Source of the DNA: a virus
Taxonomy: Duplodnaviria > Heunggongvirae > Uroviricota > Caudoviricetes
Reading direction: 5' to 3' (one strand)
Length of the DNA: 64,000 nucleotides
IMG/VR virus record: IMGVR_UViG_3300041405_000130
Shown: piece by piece, positions 61,821 to 64,000 of the stretch
Layout: every line of letters starts with the position of its first letter
How positions within the stretch are numbered: position 1 is the first letter of the stretch
The notes under the pieces: generated by a model
The model's input: only the letters and a program-made list of their open reading frames with translations
What the model was told of the DNA's origin: nothing
Database searches by the model: none
Program-made: the position numbers and the translations under genes

Positions 61821-62738
61821 TTACGGAAAGCCAGTTGGAAGTTTTGCAGTGTAGGTGTAATCAGCGTTACCCCAGAATCCAGCAGAACCAGTATCATTCA
61901 AAAAGAAACGATTCTCGGGGTTATCTGTCTTTAACCACTTCAGGTGTTGTGGTTTTGGACGCATGCCATATTTAACCTGGATGTTATCTACGTTCAATGA
62001 CCATTTTTCAGACTGGTGGTCAAAGCCTTCTCGGAACGCTCGGATAAACACGCCAAGATCAACAATGGGGTTAGCGCTATTGTCTAACAAATCAATGTTG
62101 AACTGCACATCGAAAGATTCGTGGGTGTGTACACCTGGACAACCCTCTGCTTCTTTGAGGCGGGTGTATGCGCCAAGTTTATCACTCTGGCATGGAATAA
62201 GCTCCACGACAGGTTTCCAAGTGGTCACAGGTTCTTTGAGGACCAGATCGAACAATTGCATGGTGTACTGGGTAACTTCAATTCGATTGTTCCACCGGAT
62301 TTCTCGAAGCATCACGGTAGGGAACTCAAGTCGTTCGCCTTCTTTGGTGTAGAGATGCATCCACTCACCATCGTCAAGGCTATTTTGTGTCAAATAAAGC
62401 TCGTTCCCACCAGCACGTATAAATGCAACCCCATGATTTACTTCTGCTTTACGCATACGCATAAAAGCAATAAGGTCTTTTGCTTTACAGTGAAGATCAT
62501 TGTATTCATCACGGTTGCGCACATACCAGCAGCAATGGGCTACAAACGGTAATTCCAAAGACAGTGGATCAACGGGTCGTAATGTGTCGGTAAGATAAGC
62601 TTTAGGTACACCTGCTTTATCGTTAGTCAACAGTACGTCTGCACCAATATCGGTGCGCCATGAAGCTGCTACTTTGTTCAGGTCTTCGTGATTGACCAAA
62701 CGTTTCAGTTGACGGCGATGCTTGTAATCTTCAAACAT
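61821..62738 (-). CDS. Hypothetical protein (305 aa)
   Basis: ORF. Confidence 0.6.
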   Translation of the reverse strand: MFEDYKHRRQLKRLVNHEDLNKVAASWRTDIGADVLLTNDKAGVPKAYLTDTLRPVDPLSLELPFVAHCCWYVRNRDEYNDLHCKAKDLIAFMRMRKAEVNHGVAFIRAGGNELYLTQNSLDDGEWMHLYTKEGERLEFPTVMLREIRWNNRIEVTQYTMQLFDLVLKEPVTTWKPVVELIPCQSDKLGAYTRLKEAEGCPGVHTHESFDVQFNIDLLDNSANPIVDLGVFIRAFREGFDHQSEKWSLNVDNIQVKYGMRPKPQHLKWLKTDNPENRFFLNDTGSAGFWGNADYTYTAKLPTGFP

Positions 62739-62749
62739 TGTTAATCCTT

Positions 62750-63739
62750 TTATGCAAAGCTACGGTGCAGTGTTGGGTTCTTGAGTGTATAGTGCTGGTT
62801 CTTTTCTCCAGTCAAGCTGTTGTAATAATTGAACCCGTACCGTTGACGTAGGTCGATGGTATACATCTCTTCGGTATGCAGCTGGAACTTGATTCGGTCT
62901 TCATGAATTACCACTCGGTTATTCGGCCATTCAGTTGCAACGATGCGATTCAACAAAGGTTTAATATCAACAACCTCATTACCTTTGCTGACTTCGTGAA
63001 GACGTAGGGTCAACCGGAAATGTTTGACAGTAGCTGCAATACCTTTACTTGGGTACAGTACCGATACGCCAGCCACAGACTTCGCATCTGTTTCTTCGAT
63101 ACCATAAAGGTCGACCAGGTCCACCGGAACAATGTGTTCACCCGAATGAGACATTACCCGTTCTTTGTCGATCAGCGTGACCGCACCCAGGTCATCGCCA
63201 AAATGCCACGTACCTTTATACAGGTGTGCCAGCTTGGCCATCATGTGACCTTGACCACCATAATTCTCAATACCTTTTTCACAGGTGAGTTTTATAATGG
63301 GGACCTGCCCACGATCGAAGTTACCGAACGTGTCATGAAACATAAACCAACGACGCCCACGGGGATCGGTAAAGACATGTCGTCCTTTAAACTGACCCAA
63401 CGCATCAGCAAGCGGAGCTAATGTGGTACGCTGGTCTTCGATACCATTTCTTGGTGCAGGAGCATTAATGACGCCTGACAACACAGAAGGCTTCAATGAG
63501 AAGAATTGGAAATCGGTGTTACGGATCGTTTCGTCGTTAGGAACATAACGACCGATCTGTGGGCCATCATCCAAACTGTGAGCACCGACTTCTAATTTCC
63601 GACCGTAGTTCTCGGTAAAGTAAAGCAACTCTTCACCGGACTCTTTATCCGTACCAATAGCGTAGTCAACGGACTCGCTGGTTAGCACTCGAGTCAACCA
63701 CTCTTTTGGTTTTTCAAACAGACGTTTACCGATACCCAT
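62750..63739 (-). CDS. Hypothetical protein (329 aa)
   Basis: ORF. Confidence 0.6.
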   Translation of the reverse strand: MGIGKRLFEKPKEWLTRVLTSESVDYAIGTDKESGEELLYFTENYGRKLEVGAHSLDDGPQIGRYVPNDETIRNTDFQFFSLKPSVLSGVINAPAPRNGIEDQRTTLAPLADALGQFKGRHVFTDPRGRRWFMFHDTFGNFDRGQVPIIKLTCEKGIENYGGQGHMMAKLAHLYKGTWHFGDDLGAVTLIDKERVMSHSGEHIVPVDLVDLYGIEETDAKSVAGVSVLYPSKGIAATVKHFRLTLRLHEVSKGNEVVDIKPLLNRIVATEWPNNRVVIHEDRIKFQLHTEEMYTIDLRQRYGFNYYNSLTGEKNQHYTLKNPTLHRSFA

Positions 63740-63772
63740 CTTTATTTTCCTTTATTGAATTATTACCACAAC

Positions 63773-63806
63773 AGTAATATAGATTTCAGATTTCATCGAG
63801 TAAAAA
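63773..63806 (-). promoter_or_regulatory. Promoter-like motif (minus: GATGAAATCTGAAATCTATATTACTG)
   Basis: AATCTGAAATCTATATTAC family. Confidence 0.5.
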
Positions 63807-63839
63807 AAAAGAACATATTGGCTACCCCGAAGGGTAGCC
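63802..63839 (-). terminator. Terminator GGCTACCC-UUCG-GGGTAGCC + U9; flanks GCATAAGG / CCAATATG
   Basis: Perfect 8-bp stem and T-run on minus. Confidence 0.7.
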
Positions 63840-63847
63840 TTATGCTG

Positions 63848-64000
63848 TTATGCAGATAGAGCGATTATCTTTTCATCGATCTCATCAAGCCTTTCCTGTG
63901 CTTGAACAGTAATCGATATCTTCCAACGATTGTCTTTGCGTCCACAAATCCGTTGCGTGCAGCACGGACACAGAAACTTAGAAGTCCCTGCATCGTAGGT
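63848..64000 (-). CDS. 3' end of a minus-strand CDS that continues beyond the window (..QERLDEIDEKIIALSA*)
   Basis: Open frame to the window edge; TAA stop at 63848-63850. Confidence 0.45.
   Translation of the reverse strand, partial: TYDAGTSKFLCPCCTQRICGRKDNRWKISITVQAQERLDEIDEKIIALSA

Noticed and set aside
1-64000. CRISPR arrays, integrase/transposase, rRNA
   Set aside because: No direct-repeat or spacer periodicity, no recombinase motifs, and no rRNA-like conserved stretches were found. The repeated elements are single hairpins, not arrays.

Overview
This window looks like part of a large, tRNA-rich, virulent double-stranded DNA phage genome (early/middle region, roughly 45% GC), not a bacterial chromosome. 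It has no rRNA, CRISPR array or integrase. Genes are short and tightly packed, often with ATGA or TAATG overlaps, and there are two strand blocks. The plus-strand block (about 440-9100) carries a tRNA cluster: Leu-TAA, Leu-TAG, Ser-TGA, an atypical Cys-GCA and Thr-TGT. Between and after the tRNAs sit a LamG-like ORF, a truncated RlmN-like radical-SAM methyltransferase, a small 2OG-Fe(II) oxygenase and an RtcB RNA ligase. After about 9150 more than 100 genes run on the minus strand. Most are small proteins of unknown function, many with signal peptides or membrane segments. The recognisable ones are: a CCA-adding enzyme; an RNA ligase (KxDG motif) fused to an N-terminal tRNA-binding OB domain; an HslV-like N-terminal-nucleophile peptidase; a thymidylate synthase homologue (474 aa instead of the usual ~264, with three large insertions); NAD salvage (NadV-like nicotinamide phosphoribosyltransferase plus PRPP synthetase); and one operon encoding an SspB-like adaptor, an HExxH zinc metalloprotease and a BCS1-like membrane AAA ATPase. 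Other recognisable genes are an SPFH lipoprotein, a strongly expressed Big_2 (Ig-like) protein and a weak GIY-YIG-like endonuclease candidate. Regulation is modular. GC-rich tetraloop hairpins (CGAA/UUCG), often quasi-palindromic with flanks CATAWWGG...CCWWTATG, act as terminators and produce artefactual ORFs that start 'MA(H/R)LRVSF'. Many are followed directly by a conserved promoter-like motif ((TTGATT-17 bp-)TATATTAC, or AATCTNANATCTATATTAC). Three observations look most novel: (1) a coherent tRNA supply, modification and repair toolkit (RtcB, Rnl with a tRNA-binding domain, Cca, RlmN-like, tRNAs); (2) the SspB / HExxH / BCS1-AAA proteolysis-like module, together with the HslV homologue; and (3) six small acidic paralogues that end in W-x3-(I/V)NS-COOH. 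The first about 440 bp and several long intergenic stretches are non-coding and remain unexplained.
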